Source: Candidatus Nanoarchaeia archaeon (lineage in GTDB: Archaea > Nanobdellota > Nanobdellia > Pacearchaeales > GW2011-AR1). Taken from it: DNA of 64,000 nucleotides. The notes beneath the pieces were generated by a model, which worked only from the letters and a program-made list of their open reading frames with translations, ran no database searches and had not been told where the DNA came from. Of this stretch, positions 29,468 to 39,194 are shown piece by piece; positions within the stretch are counted from its first letter, which is position 1; each line of letters opens with the position of its first letter. Position numbers and translations under genes: made by a program. The stretch covers positions 5,311 through 69,310 of the forward strand of contig DASZSY010000003.1 in assembly GCA_035548435.1 (NCBI GenBank). The letters run 5' to 3'.

Positions 29468-29815
29468 TTAATTAGATTTTTTATACTTCACGATTTTATA
29501 TTTAAAACCTTCTAAGGTAATATTATCTAATTCTGAACCATATTTCATAATACCCAATCTATCTTCAACAAAACCCAAGATTGCACCTATTTGGCGAAAT
29601 TCTCTCTCTAAATCATTTTTTAGCATAGAAAAACCACCATCCGTAAAAGCCCAATAGCCTCCAACATAATTATTAATAAACTTAAGATTTTTTATATTAA
29701 CATGAGTAGCATATCCTTCAACGATTGCATCTCCGTCTTTATCACAAAAATAAAAACGAATCTCTTTAAAATTTTTTAAATCTTTTTTATTTAAGACATT
29801 TTGCATATTTGACAT
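29468..29815 (-). CDS. Hypothetical protein
   Basis: Last gene of the ATPase transcription unit; no motif. Confidence 0.25.
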   Translation of the reverse strand: MSNMQNVLNKKDLKNFKEIRFYFCDKDGDAIVEGYATHVNIKNLKFINNYVGGYWAFTDGGFSMLKNDLEREFRQIGAILGFVEDRLGIMKYGSELDNITLEGFKYKIVKYKKSN

Positions 29816-29856
29816 TTTAATTAACAGCAGCCTATTAATTTAAGCCTTTTCACCAA

Positions 29857-30129
29857 CTAGACAACACAACTAAATATTCGTGGATGAACAAATTCAAAAT
29901 AAAGATACACTAACCAAATAAGAAACATGTAGGGACTAATATATCCTAAAAAATAAGCGTCAAACCCTTGAATACTCCAGATTAAGAGCAGTATGAAGGT
30001 ATATATAATTGCTAAATAAAGATAAATCTTATTTGATATCGGATCTAATTTTTGGAGATTTTGTTGTGATTTAATATATTTTTTATTATGCATTTCATCT
30101 CCTTTCCTACACCATTCTAAGAAACCCAT
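29857..30129 (-). CDS. Small membrane protein
   Basis: Two TM helices. Confidence 0.3.
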   Translation of the reverse strand: MGFLEWCRKGDEMHNKKYIKSQQNLQKLDPISNKIYLYLAIIYTFILLLIWSIQGFDAYFLGYISPYMFLIWLVYLYFEFVHPRIFSCVV

Positions 30130-30169
30130 GCTAAGCTATATAACTTATTTTATTTAAATCTGTCTTCAA

Positions 30170-30460
30170 CTAATTTTCAACATCACCAACATAAACTGAT
30201 TTTAGAACATCGTTGCCCTTCTTACAAACACAGACTTCAGAATCTGGGTCGTAGAAACCCCATTTTGTATCTTCCCAATAAGTTGTTAAGGCAGAGTTAT
30301 CTTCGCAAACTTCATAACTACAATAATTGTCCATTCTTTCTTCATGAGCAATTGAAACTCCACCAATAATAAAAATTGAAGTTTCAAGCAAAAATAAAAT
30401 TATAAAAATTATTGCAGTAATTCTCCAACCAGAATTAACTTTATTGCTTTCTAAAGGCAT
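30170..30460 (-). CDS. Small N-terminally anchored Cys-rich protein (possible pilin-like)
   Basis: MPLESNKVNSG|WRITAIIFIILFLL then C..C....C.C cysteines. Confidence 0.3.
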   Translation of the reverse strand: MPLESNKVNSGWRITAIIFIILFLLETSIFIIGGVSIAHEERMDNYCSYEVCEDNSALTTYWEDTKWGFYDPDSEVCVCKKGNDVLKSVYVGDVEN

Positions 30461-30490
30461 TATTAATCAAATTAATACTTCTATTTAAAC

Positions 30491-32764
30491 CTATTTCATC
30501 CCAATCTGCTTGTAAAACCATTTCTTCCACTCAGGGAAAACATGTTCACTCAAAGGAAGGCCGTACTTTTCTCTTGCTTCGTCTGAAAGTCTGTGGAAAG
30601 CAGTGTTTGACTTAACTATGAACTCAGCCTCTAGAATATCATCTCTTCCCAGCGTTTCAGCAGCTTTAACAATTTCTTCTTTTATCATTGCCCTAAGGTT
30701 AATGTTATCATATACAGCATCCCAGTTTCCAGCCCATCCTTTTACATTTCCTGCAATGCTTTTTAGTATTTCACTATCTCCATTCATAAGTTCAGGAGTT
30801 GGCTCTAGCTCATCTTTCTCAACATTATATCTTAGAAGGTCTACAAATCCTCCCTCTCTCGCAGGATCGTTGTCCCAGTGCTTTCTTACTTCAGTAACCT
30901 GCATAACTCTTTTTATTGCATGCATTCCATCTGCAGTTTTAACTGGATTTGCAACTATAATCAAATCAGTAGCTTTGAAAGAAGTTGCAGGCACTCCAAG
31001 GTCGTTTACAACTCTATCAAATACTCCGTAGGGACTATCTCCGTGTATTGTTCCAGCAACAACGTTTGCGAGTGCTCCAACTCTCATTGCTTCATATAGT
31101 GCCTTAGCTTCAGTACTTCTTACTTCTCCAACAATTAAAGCGCTGTCTCCAAGTCTAAGGCTTGTTCTTATTCCCTCGCTTGCTTCAACTTCGCTGCTTC
31201 CTTCAACAAGAGCAGAACGCACTTTCATTCGGAGTACATCATAACCTATTTTCCTAAGAGCATCAATTGGAAGTTCTAAAGTATCTTCAATAACTATTGT
31301 TCTAAACTTAGGCATTATTTCAAGGAGCAAGCTTCCGAGCAGTGAAGTTTTTCCGCTGCTTCTTGTTCCAGCAACAAGCAATGTTCTATTTCCATCAATC
31401 AAAAATGAAAGAAGTCCTGCTGCAAATGGAGTAAGCATTTTATGTTTTACAAATAAAGGTAATGTCCAAGGTTTGTCTCTGTGTCTTCTAATTGAATAAG
31501 CAAGTCCTGATGGAGAAAGAGGCTCTTTTATTGCTGCAACTCTTGCTCTTATTTCTCCAAATACCATATCAGTGTCAAGAATAGGATTTGCTTCGTCTAA
31601 AGGGCGACCGGATTGCAATCTTAATTTCGCAGCCCATGAATCTCCATCTTCATAACTTGGAATGATGTTTGTTATACATTCTTCATAACTTTGATGTCTT
31701 ATGAATATTGGATTCTGTGCAATTGGAGCGTTTATTGAAATATCTTGTATCTTATCATCAAGAAGAAGTATTTCAAGTAATCCAAATCCTATAGTATATC
31801 TTACAAGAATATTTGAAAGTCTTATAAGTTCCTTATGTGAGAGAGAAACATTTCTTGTTCTTGAAAGCTCTGAAAGTAAATCTCTTGAAACATTAAAGAA
31901 AACCTGCCTTGTTCTTTCAGGGTCTGTAAATTCCTCTGCCTTTGGTCTATGTTCAGTCAAAACATTTCTTGCCAGTCCCAAGAGTAAATGATGTTCTTCA
32001 GTTAAAGAATATTCAGGAGGAAGAATATGATAAATAAATTTAGGGTCATCTATTTTCTTAAGTATTGTAACTGGAATTGTGTCTCCTTCATACGAAAGAG
32101 TATATTGGTCAACAAGCTCTGCATCATTTGGAAGCTGAGCAACAAGTCTTGTGAATGTGAAATTAGGTAATATGTCTGGTCTGAATGCTGCCTTGTACAA
32201 TTCCCTACTTCCATATGAGTATCTTGTCATTGAACTCTGGAAAGATTTCATAAAATTAGTGTTTTGCAGCATTAAAGCAAATTTTTCCAAGAATCTTATG
32301 TATTGAAGTAATCCAGAAGCATTCATTACTTCCCCAGAGCTTAATTGGTTTCTAAGTGCTGAAATTCTACTTTTTAGTTCAGAGTAACAAGCTAGTGGAT
32401 CCTGCTTAAGAAGAGAAAGAAGGTAAGAAAGGTCAGCGTGAACCTCTGGAACATTTCCAAAAAGAGAAAGTCTTTCAGTTGAAAGTATATTTTCTTGTTT
32501 TGTTAAAAAAGAATAAAGTCTTGATATATCCAAAAGTAGTTTCACCTGCTCAAAACCATGGTGATAATTTCTTTGTTGAACAAAAACTATTCTAGAAATT
32601 GAAGGGTGTTCCTGCAAAACATCTATTGTTCTTGCAAAAACAGAAGGCATATCAGCTAGTGAAGGAACAAATGGAGCATTAAGATAGTTGACATACAAAA
32701 CTTCTTCTCCCTGTCTTCTTTCTACCTCAACAGAGTATAGCTCGGCCCCTTCTTTAAACATCAT
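30491..32764 (-). CDS. Type II/IV secretion system ATPase, FlaI/PilB/VirB11 family, with approx 300-aa N-terminal extension
   Basis: Walker A GTRSSGKTSLL, Asp box IVIEDTLEL, Walker B/His box ALIVGEVRSTEA...GTIHG. Confidence 0.8.
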   Translation of the reverse strand: MMFKEGAELYSVEVERRQGEEVLYVNYLNAPFVPSLADMPSVFARTIDVLQEHPSISRIVFVQQRNYHHGFEQVKLLLDISRLYSFLTKQENILSTERLSLFGNVPEVHADLSYLLSLLKQDPLACYSELKSRISALRNQLSSGEVMNASGLLQYIRFLEKFALMLQNTNFMKSFQSSMTRYSYGSRELYKAAFRPDILPNFTFTRLVAQLPNDAELVDQYTLSYEGDTIPVTILKKIDDPKFIYHILPPEYSLTEEHHLLLGLARNVLTEHRPKAEEFTDPERTRQVFFNVSRDLLSELSRTRNVSLSHKELIRLSNILVRYTIGFGLLEILLLDDKIQDISINAPIAQNPIFIRHQSYEECITNIIPSYEDGDSWAAKLRLQSGRPLDEANPILDTDMVFGEIRARVAAIKEPLSPSGLAYSIRRHRDKPWTLPLFVKHKMLTPFAAGLLSFLIDGNRTLLVAGTRSSGKTSLLGSLLLEIMPKFRTIVIEDTLELPIDALRKIGYDVLRMKVRSALVEGSSEVEASEGIRTSLRLGDSALIVGEVRSTEAKALYEAMRVGALANVVAGTIHGDSPYGVFDRVVNDLGVPATSFKATDLIIVANPVKTADGMHAIKRVMQVTEVRKHWDNDPAREGGFVDLLRYNVEKDELEPTPELMNGDSEILKSIAGNVKGWAGNWDAVYDNINLRAMIKEEIVKAAETLGRDDILEAEFIVKSNTAFHRLSDEAREKYGLPLSEHVFPEWKKWFYKQIGMK

Positions 32765-32849
32765 CTCAAATACAGAGAGAGAACAGATTAAATATCTTGC
32801 TCATGTTATCGATAGCACGGTTTATAAAGTCTAAAAGGTTCATGTCTAA

Positions 32850-33161
32850 ATGGAAGAGGATGGTAGCCAGGTCTTTATGGACCTGAACACTAGAATAAGA
32901 GAACTTGAAGAAAGACAAAGACTCTTAAAAGATAGGACATTTTTAATTGGACGTGGAGTGGTAGACATAAAAGAAAAAGCTTCTTTGGAATTAAGAGAAT
33001 TAAGAAAAGCAGTTACAATATTGCAACAAGAAAATGCACAACTTAAAGAAACTATGCAGCTAATGTCTGAAAAATTAAATAACACCTCAAATAAAGAAGA
33101 ACTTCAAATGGTGTTAAGACAACTTAACATATTAAGAGGAGTAAAGAATGGGAACAGTTGA
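32850..33161 (+). CDS. Coiled-coil protein
   Basis: Heptad-like ELEERQRLLKD...LRELRKAVTILQQENAQLKE. Confidence 0.35.
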   Translation: MEEDGSQVFMDLNTRIRELEERQRLLKDRTFLIGRGVVDIKEKASLELRELRKAVTILQQENAQLKETMQLMSEKLNNTSNKEELQMVLRQLNILRGVKNGNS

Positions 33162-33786
33162 AGAAGTAGCTTTCATGAAAAGAGAAGGAAGATCAGATGC
33201 AGAAATAGCTTCAAATCTAAGAAAGAAAGGTTTACCTGAACAAGAAATAACTTCGGCAATATCCCAAACAAAAATAAAAGAAGCCGTTGCAGCCCCTTCC
33301 GCAGAAGAAGCACATACTCAAGAATATGGTGAAGAGCAAATGTCTCCTTCTCTTATGTCTCCTGGAGCACAGTATCAATCAGCTCCTGTAGAAGAACAGC
33401 CGCAGCAGGAAGCAGCTGTAGAACAACAATCTGCTTATCCTGAATATCAATCATATGCCCAAACAGGAAGCTACGACCAACAACAATACGCTTCTGGAAA
33501 TATTGGAGCAGAAGTCATAACAGAGATTGCAGATCAAGTTGTAGCAGAAAAACTTTCTCCAATTCTAGGTGCAATGGATAAAATACTTGATATGAAATCA
33601 AATACCGAAGCACAGCTGAGATACCTTGATGAAAGGCTAAAAAGAATTGAAAAAATAATAGATAGACTTCAACTTTCTGTTCTGCAGCGCGTGGGAGAAT
33701 ATGTTTCAAACGTGGAAGAAATAAAACAAGAAATGCAAGAAACTCAAAAAACCTTCAAAGCACTAGTTGATAAAAAAGGAATGTAA
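33148..33786 (+). CDS. Acidic Q/E-rich coiled-coil protein
   Basis: Low-complexity Q/E/A/Y stretch followed by a coiled coil; overlaps the previous gene by 14 nt. Confidence 0.35.
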   Translation: MGTVEEVAFMKREGRSDAEIASNLRKKGLPEQEITSAISQTKIKEAVAAPSAEEAHTQEYGEEQMSPSLMSPGAQYQSAPVEEQPQQEAAVEQQSAYPEYQSYAQTGSYDQQQYASGNIGAEVITEIADQVVAEKLSPILGAMDKILDMKSNTEAQLRYLDERLKRIEKIIDRLQLSVLQRVGEYVSNVEEIKQEMQETQKTFKALVDKKGM

Positions 33787-33807
33787 AAATTTGATTTTCA
33801 GTAATCT

Positions 33808-34227
33808 TTAATTTATTCTAAAAAATCTAACTTCATCTCCATATTCCGCTAAAACATCTTCAACTCTGTGTTCGTATGCATGTCCATATCCCCACTTAGA
33901 TAATATCTGACCTGGCTGCATAATTCTTCCTATGTGCGCTTGTTCTCTCATTCCTGGCAATCCAGAAATGTAAATTGCTAAATCTCCAACTTCTGGAACA
34001 TAAACTTCTCTATGTCCATCACAAAATAACACTACATCATCAAAGTAAACTGGCTTTGGAAATTGATTCCATTCAAATAAATAAGTGAGACATTGAACTC
34101 CAATCATTTCATCCATTTTTCTATTCCTTCTTTCTGCTAAGGTTATTCCATCAAATACAAATTCATCTGGATTAAGTCCATGAACTCTTGAAATTTCAAT
34201 TCTTCTTTCAGTTATAGGTAAATGCAT
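33808..34227 (-). CDS. Possible CHAP/NlpC-P60-like papain-fold domain protein
   Basis: GVQCLTYLFEW (QC catalytic-Cys context) and PEVGDLAIYISG...AHIGRIM (pGDl...gHvgiv-like His region). No signal peptide. Slightly higher GC. Tentative. Confidence 0.3.
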   Translation of the reverse strand: MHLPITERRIEISRVHGLNPDEFVFDGITLAERRNRKMDEMIGVQCLTYLFEWNQFPKPVYFDDVVLFCDGHREVYVPEVGDLAIYISGLPGMREQAHIGRIMQPGQILSKWGYGHAYEHRVEDVLAEYGDEVRFFRIN

Positions 34228-34255
34228 TATTTTCTTCTAAAAAGTCAGTTTATAA

Positions 34256-34792
34256 CTATTTCTTTCCAGGCTTTGCTGCGTCCATGGCAGGTTTAGCAAT
34301 TATGAAACTTATAACTGCAGTTATTATAATCAAAAGAATAGCTCCAAACACACGAGGAGAGAAAATCCAATCAGTCACAACTAAAATGTTTGGATCTCCA
34401 CCTGCAGGAGAGTTCCAAGGCAAGTATGGGCTAAAGTAAGATGAAAATACAACCACTCCAGAAACTACAAAGAAAACAATCAATACAATTCCAAATACTT
34501 TAGGCATTGCTTTATCCCATTCTTTAAAGTCGAAAAATCCTTTAGTCATTGCAAGAATAAGGAAAAAGCTCACAAGAAGTACTGCAAACCATGGGATAAT
34601 ACTTGAAACATATGTTCTAGGTCCAGCTGCACTTACAAATACTGTAGCAATGATGAAAGAAGTGAAAAGATGCATAAATTCAGAAGTGAATATCTTTGCT
34701 GTTTTAGATGCAGCATAAACTACAATGAAAACAACAAAATAAGTTAGTAAAGGTACAAAATATCCAAATGAAGTTAAATCTATTCCTGCCAT
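34256..34792 (-). CDS. Paralogous 4-TM membrane protein (copy 3 of 3)
   Basis: Same length class and TM layout as the two upstream copies. Confidence 0.4.
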   Translation of the reverse strand: MAGIDLTSFGYFVPLLTYFVVFIVVYAASKTAKIFTSEFMHLFTSFIIATVFVSAAGPRTYVSSIIPWFAVLLVSFFLILAMTKGFFDFKEWDKAMPKVFGIVLIVFFVVSGVVVFSSYFSPYLPWNSPAGGDPNILVVTDWIFSPRVFGAILLIIITAVISFIIAKPAMDAAKPGKK

Positions 34793-34796
34793 ATTG

Positions 34797-35342
34797 TTAA
34801 CTTCTTACAACTCCAGGTGGAGTCTTTCCAGCTGGGCCTTTTATAGGAGCGCTTTCCCAATTCCAAGGTTCTGCAATAACTACAATCAAAGCAAGTAAAA
34901 GTCCTCCAATGATTACAACAGAACCATATTGGTCCCACCAAACTCCTCCGTCAGATAAGTTCCAACCAAGGAAGTCAAATGCCTTGTAAATAACTGTCAC
35001 AGCTATAACTGCAGAAACTGCCCACATTGTTCCATACCATCCCTTAAGCCATTCTCCAGGTATAAACATTGCAGACATTATAAGTAAAACAACAAGCACT
35101 GAAAGACCTATTCCAAATCTTGGGAATATCTCAGAGAAAAATACAGGAACATAATCAAATCTTAAAGATATCAAAGCAACTGCCAAGGCAACTGTTAATG
35201 TAACTCCTTTGTTTGAACCAAGAACATTTGTAGCACTAAGTATTCCAAAAACTACTGCAAAAATTATCAAGAAGGGCAATACATAATCAAATACTCCATA
35301 TGCTTCCCAATCAGCTATAACGTTAACAAAACTAAATACCAT
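34797..35342 (-). CDS. Paralogous 4-TM membrane protein (copy 2 of 3)
   Basis: FDYVLPFLIIFAVVFGILS aligns with GVLPFILVFSLVYAVL of copy 1. Confidence 0.4.
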   Translation of the reverse strand: MVFSFVNVIADWEAYGVFDYVLPFLIIFAVVFGILSATNVLGSNKGVTLTVALAVALISLRFDYVPVFFSEIFPRFGIGLSVLVVLLIMSAMFIPGEWLKGWYGTMWAVSAVIAVTVIYKAFDFLGWNLSDGGVWWDQYGSVVIIGGLLLALIVVIAEPWNWESAPIKGPAGKTPPGVVRS

Positions 35343-35401
35343 AAATCATATACCTCTGTGTCGTTTATATATATTTCGTTAGAAAATTAGTTCTATTAAC
35401 C

Positions 35402-35929
35402 TTACTTCTTTCCTTCTTCGCTTCCGCCAGATTTTCCGCTGAAAGCCATCACAACTGCAATAGCGCCAGCCACCAAAACAACAAATAATATGTTGCTCCA
35501 AAGTCCATCACTACTTGTATCAAAATAATCTGATATTGTATCTATACTTCCAGTGTAATAAAGAACTGCTCCTGCAGTAACTATTGCTGCCAAGATTCCT
35601 ATAGCATATTTAACATATTTGTGCATTTCAAACTTTCCAGGCTCATATGCCATTCCCCACATTACCATAAATACAAGTAAAACAACAAGACCTACAGCCA
35701 ACACAGGAACAAGTTGAACAATAACACTAACTGCGTTAGCAAATGCAATTGTCAAAAGTGCAACAGAAAATGAAACTAATGCATCAAGTTGATTTTTTCC
35801 TTCTCCTAGAACCTTTGATTTTTGTAAAACTGCATAAACAAGTGAGAAAACAAGAATGAAAGGTAAAACTCCTTCAACAAAGAAAGGACTTGATAGGATT
35901 GTAAAACCGCCGTATGTTGGACTAGCCAT
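35402..35929 (-). CDS. Paralogous 4-TM membrane protein (copy 1 of 3)
   Basis: See the two downstream copies; tandem triplication. Confidence 0.4.
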   Translation of the reverse strand: MASPTYGGFTILSSPFFVEGVLPFILVFSLVYAVLQKSKVLGEGKNQLDALVSFSVALLTIAFANAVSVIVQLVPVLAVGLVVLLVFMVMWGMAYEPGKFEMHKYVKYAIGILAAIVTAGAVLYYTGSIDTISDYFDTSSDGLWSNILFVVLVAGAIAVVMAFSGKSGGSEEGKK

Positions 35930-35939
35930 TGTAAATTAT

Positions 35940-36230
35940 CTAAATTGCAGGCTCTTCAGCTTCTTCCATACCTGCATCAGAATCATCTCTATTTGGTAAT
36001 GAAGCTCTGTTAACTACTACCACATCTCCAATTGCCTTAACAAACTGGTGTGGAATAACTGCTCCTCTTGCTCCACCAAGCATTGTCATAAAGCTTCCAT
36101 TTATTCTTACTTTCCATCCATCTACCTTATTATCAGAAAGGTTAACATCTTCAATTGTTCCAAAGTAATCTCCATCAGAGGTATATACCTGTTTTCCTAG
36201 TATTTCACTAATCTTTTTTATCTTCAGCAT
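35940..36230 (-). CDS. PRC-barrel domain protein
   Basis: ILGKQVYTSDGDYFGTIEDVNLSDNKVDGWKV... pattern typical of PRC barrels. Confidence 0.55.
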   Translation of the reverse strand: MLKIKKISEILGKQVYTSDGDYFGTIEDVNLSDNKVDGWKVRINGSFMTMLGGARGAVIPHQFVKAIGDVVVVNRASLPNRDDSDAGMEEAEEPAI

Positions 36231-36310
36231 GTCAAAATCTGTTAAATTCAGTATTTATACTTTATGCTTGTCTGGTGAATATTATTTATTTGATATTATT
36301 TAGCATTAGT

Positions 36311-36937
36311 TCACTTTTTTGCCTGCATAAAAACAAGTTTTCTCTTAAGTTTAGGTTGCTTTAAAACCACTTTAAATCTTTTTTCAGACAGCTTCTGGAC
36401 TTTAAATTTTTTAAATAATTTTCTCACTTCCGCCTTGGAAAAGAAATGGCAAATAATCCCGTTCTTTTTCATAATAGTGTTTTTCTCAATAATATTTCCC
36501 CCAGATTTTTCCTGCCTTAAATCTCCTCTCATAAAATCTTCAAATATCAATACTCCTCCCTTGCGAAGAATTCTGTGCATTTCCTTTACAGCTAATTTTC
36601 TATCTTTCTCAAGTAAGTTGTTTAAAACATAATAGCAAAGAATAACATCAAAAGCTTCATCAGCAAATCCTGAATTGATTATATTTCTTTGGACAAATTT
36701 AATATTTCTTTGATTGAATTTTCTTTTGCAGATTAATATTGCTTGTTTTGATGAATCTATGGCAGAAACAAGTTTAGGTCTTTGATTGATTATTTCAGCT
36801 AAATTCTTTCCATTTCCAACCCCAATCTCCAAGATTACCTTATTTTTCAAAACTTTGGGAATAGAGTGCCTTTCCCTTCTCCATTTACTATTATTTTGCT
36901 TATATTCGTAATCCCATATTTCTTCTTGATTTTCCAT
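36311..36937 (-). CDS. Class I SAM-dependent methyltransferase
   Basis: Motif I ILEIGVGNGKN; acidic residue after beta2 (AIDSS). Confidence 0.65.
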   Translation of the reverse strand: MENQEEIWDYEYKQNNSKWRRERHSIPKVLKNKVILEIGVGNGKNLAEIINQRPKLVSAIDSSKQAILICKRKFNQRNIKFVQRNIINSGFADEAFDVILCYYVLNNLLEKDRKLAVKEMHRILRKGGVLIFEDFMRGDLRQEKSGGNIIEKNTIMKKNGIICHFFSKAEVRKLFKKFKVQKLSEKRFKVVLKQPKLKRKLVFMQAKK

Positions 36938-37021
36938 TATAAAAAGTGTAAAATAAAGCTCTTAATGCTATCGCTAATCAATATACATAATCTTTATATA
37001 AAAAGCAAAACTGTCTAGTAT

Positions 37022-37648
37022 ATGAATAAAGAGGAAATAGTGCACGTTCTGTCTGCAATAGTTATTTTTACCATAGTTTTAGCTTTTAGTAAGATAATTT
37101 CTGGAAATTTCCTTTATCTAGGAACTGCATTTATTTCTGCTGCAGTTGTAATAGTTTCAAATATCTTTGGAAAAAAAATAATGGCAAACATGCTTGATTC
37201 AGATGTTTCTCATAGAATTTGGTTTAGCAATTATTTTGGAGCAAAACAGCTATCAAAACCCTTCCCTACAGGAGTTGTTTTACCTCTTTTAGCAACACTT
37301 CTTACCTCTGGAACATTAAAAATAGGATCCATACTAGAATACGAAACTTCTGCTAAAAAGATAAGAGCTGCAAAAAGATTTGGTTACTATAGCTATGCAG
37401 AAATGACTGATTGGCACAATGCATTAATTGGAGCAGCAGGAATAGTAATGACGTTAATAATTCTAGCAATAACTTATGTAGCAGACTTTGAACCAATAGC
37501 AAAAGCAGCAGCATTCTATATGTTCTGGAATATGATTCCGGTTTCAAACACTGATGGAACTCAAATCTTCTTTGGTTCTAAGATACTTTGGACAATTCTT
37601 TCTATACTCTCATTAATGTCTGCACTATATGCTGTAGCTTTAATTTAA
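37022..37648 (+). CDS. Hypothetical polytopic membrane protein
   Basis: About 6 TM helices. Confidence 0.3.
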   Translation: MNKEEIVHVLSAIVIFTIVLAFSKIISGNFLYLGTAFISAAVVIVSNIFGKKIMANMLDSDVSHRIWFSNYFGAKQLSKPFPTGVVLPLLATLLTSGTLKIGSILEYETSAKKIRAAKRFGYYSYAEMTDWHNALIGAAGIVMTLIILAITYVADFEPIAKAAAFYMFWNMIPVSNTDGTQIFFGSKILWTILSILSLMSALYAVALI

Positions 37649-37652
37649 TCCC

Positions 37653-39194
37653 ATGGTGTTGAAAGTTCAGGCAAGAGATTATCAGAAAAAAATATATGAA
37701 ACTGCACTATATCATAACACTCTAGTTGTATTGCCGACAGGTCTTGGAAAAACCTTAATTGCTTTAATGCTTTCAGTTAAACGTCTTCAAGAACATCCAG
37801 GTAAGAAAGTACTTCTTGTTGCTCCAACCAAACCTTTAGTTGAACAACATGCTAAAAGCTTCAAAGCAGAAATACCTGAATTATTTGCAGATGTACAAGT
37901 ATTAACTGGAGAATCCAACGCAACCCTTAGAGCTAAAACCTGGAACACTGCAGATATTATAATTGCAACTCCTCAAAGTATTGCCAATGATTTAGAAAAG
38001 TATCTTTATACCCTAGAAGACGTTTGTTTGGTAATAATAGACGAAGCACATAGATGTTTGAAAAATTATGATTACACTAAAATAGTTCAAAGATATAAAA
38101 GTACTTCACCTACACAAAGAATTTTGGGTTTGACAGCTTCTCCAGGTTCAAATATTGATAATGTAAGAGAAATATGCAATCATTTAGATGTTGAAGAAAT
38201 AGAAATAAGAAATAGAGAATCGCTTGATGTTAAACCATATTTACAAGAAAGAGAACACGATAAAATAGAAGTTCCCTTTCCTCCAGAGTTTGAAGAATTA
38301 AGATTCTTCCTTAGAAAAATATATGATATGAAAGTAGATCAACTGCGAGAAAGGTCTCTTCTTTTCGGACCTGCAAACAAAATTACTTTGCTTAAGCTTC
38401 AGCAGCGTTTGGCGATGCAAGCTTCTCAAAAAAATGGAAATGCGATGTATGGAATGTCTTTAACTGCCCAAGCAATAAAAATAAGTCATGCAGTTGAATT
38501 ACTAGAAACCCAAACTCTCTCAGGACTAAAAGCATACCTTGATGGATTATTAGAGCAAGCAAATAATAAACAAACAAAGGCTGCAGAAAATTTAGTAAAA
38601 ATGCCTGAATTCAATGGAGCTTATATTTCTGTGAATAATTTATTAGCTCAAAAAAAAGAACATCCTAAAATAACTGCCATAGTCCAGCTTGTAAAAGAAA
38701 CCTTAAAGGAAAAAGCAAATGGAAAAATAATTGTGTTCACCCAGTTTAGAGAATCTGCTTCTCAAATATCTCTGCAATTAAACTCCATAGAGAATGTAAA
38801 AGCAAAAATTTTCATAGGACAAACAAAAAAGAAAGATATGGGAATGTCTCAGAAAGAACAAAAACAAATTTTAGACCAGTTTAGAAGCGGAGATATAAAT
38901 GTTTTATGTGCAACTTCCATAGGAGAAGAGGGCTTAGATATTCCTGAAGTGGATATGGTTGTTTTCTATGAGCCTATTCCCTCGGCAATAAGAAAAATAC
39001 AGCGCGCAGGTCGTACAGCCCGTCTAGCCCCAGGAAAAATAGTGATGCTTATAACAAAAGACACAAAAGACGAAGCAAACAACTATGCTTCAACTGCCCG
39101 TGAAAAAAAGATGTATTCAATAATAGAAAAAGTCAAGCAAGAAATTTCTAAAAAATCTATTTCTTTATCTAGATTTTCTCCCAAGTCTGTCTAA
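37653..39194 (+). CDS. hef: Hef-like SF2 helicase (FANCM/ERCC4-helicase domain)
   Basis: Walker A PTGLGKT, DEAH box IIDEAHRC, motif VI QRAGRTAR; 513 aa with no nuclease domain. Confidence 0.75.
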   Translation: MVLKVQARDYQKKIYETALYHNTLVVLPTGLGKTLIALMLSVKRLQEHPGKKVLLVAPTKPLVEQHAKSFKAEIPELFADVQVLTGESNATLRAKTWNTADIIIATPQSIANDLEKYLYTLEDVCLVIIDEAHRCLKNYDYTKIVQRYKSTSPTQRILGLTASPGSNIDNVREICNHLDVEEIEIRNRESLDVKPYLQEREHDKIEVPFPPEFEELRFFLRKIYDMKVDQLRERSLLFGPANKITLLKLQQRLAMQASQKNGNAMYGMSLTAQAIKISHAVELLETQTLSGLKAYLDGLLEQANNKQTKAAENLVKMPEFNGAYISVNNLLAQKKEHPKITAIVQLVKETLKEKANGKIIVFTQFRESASQISLQLNSIENVKAKIFIGQTKKKDMGMSQKEQKQILDQFRSGDINVLCATSIGEEGLDIPEVDMVVFYEPIPSAIRKIQRAGRTARLAPGKIVMLITKDTKDEANNYASTAREKKMYSIIEKVKQEISKKSISLSRFSPKSV

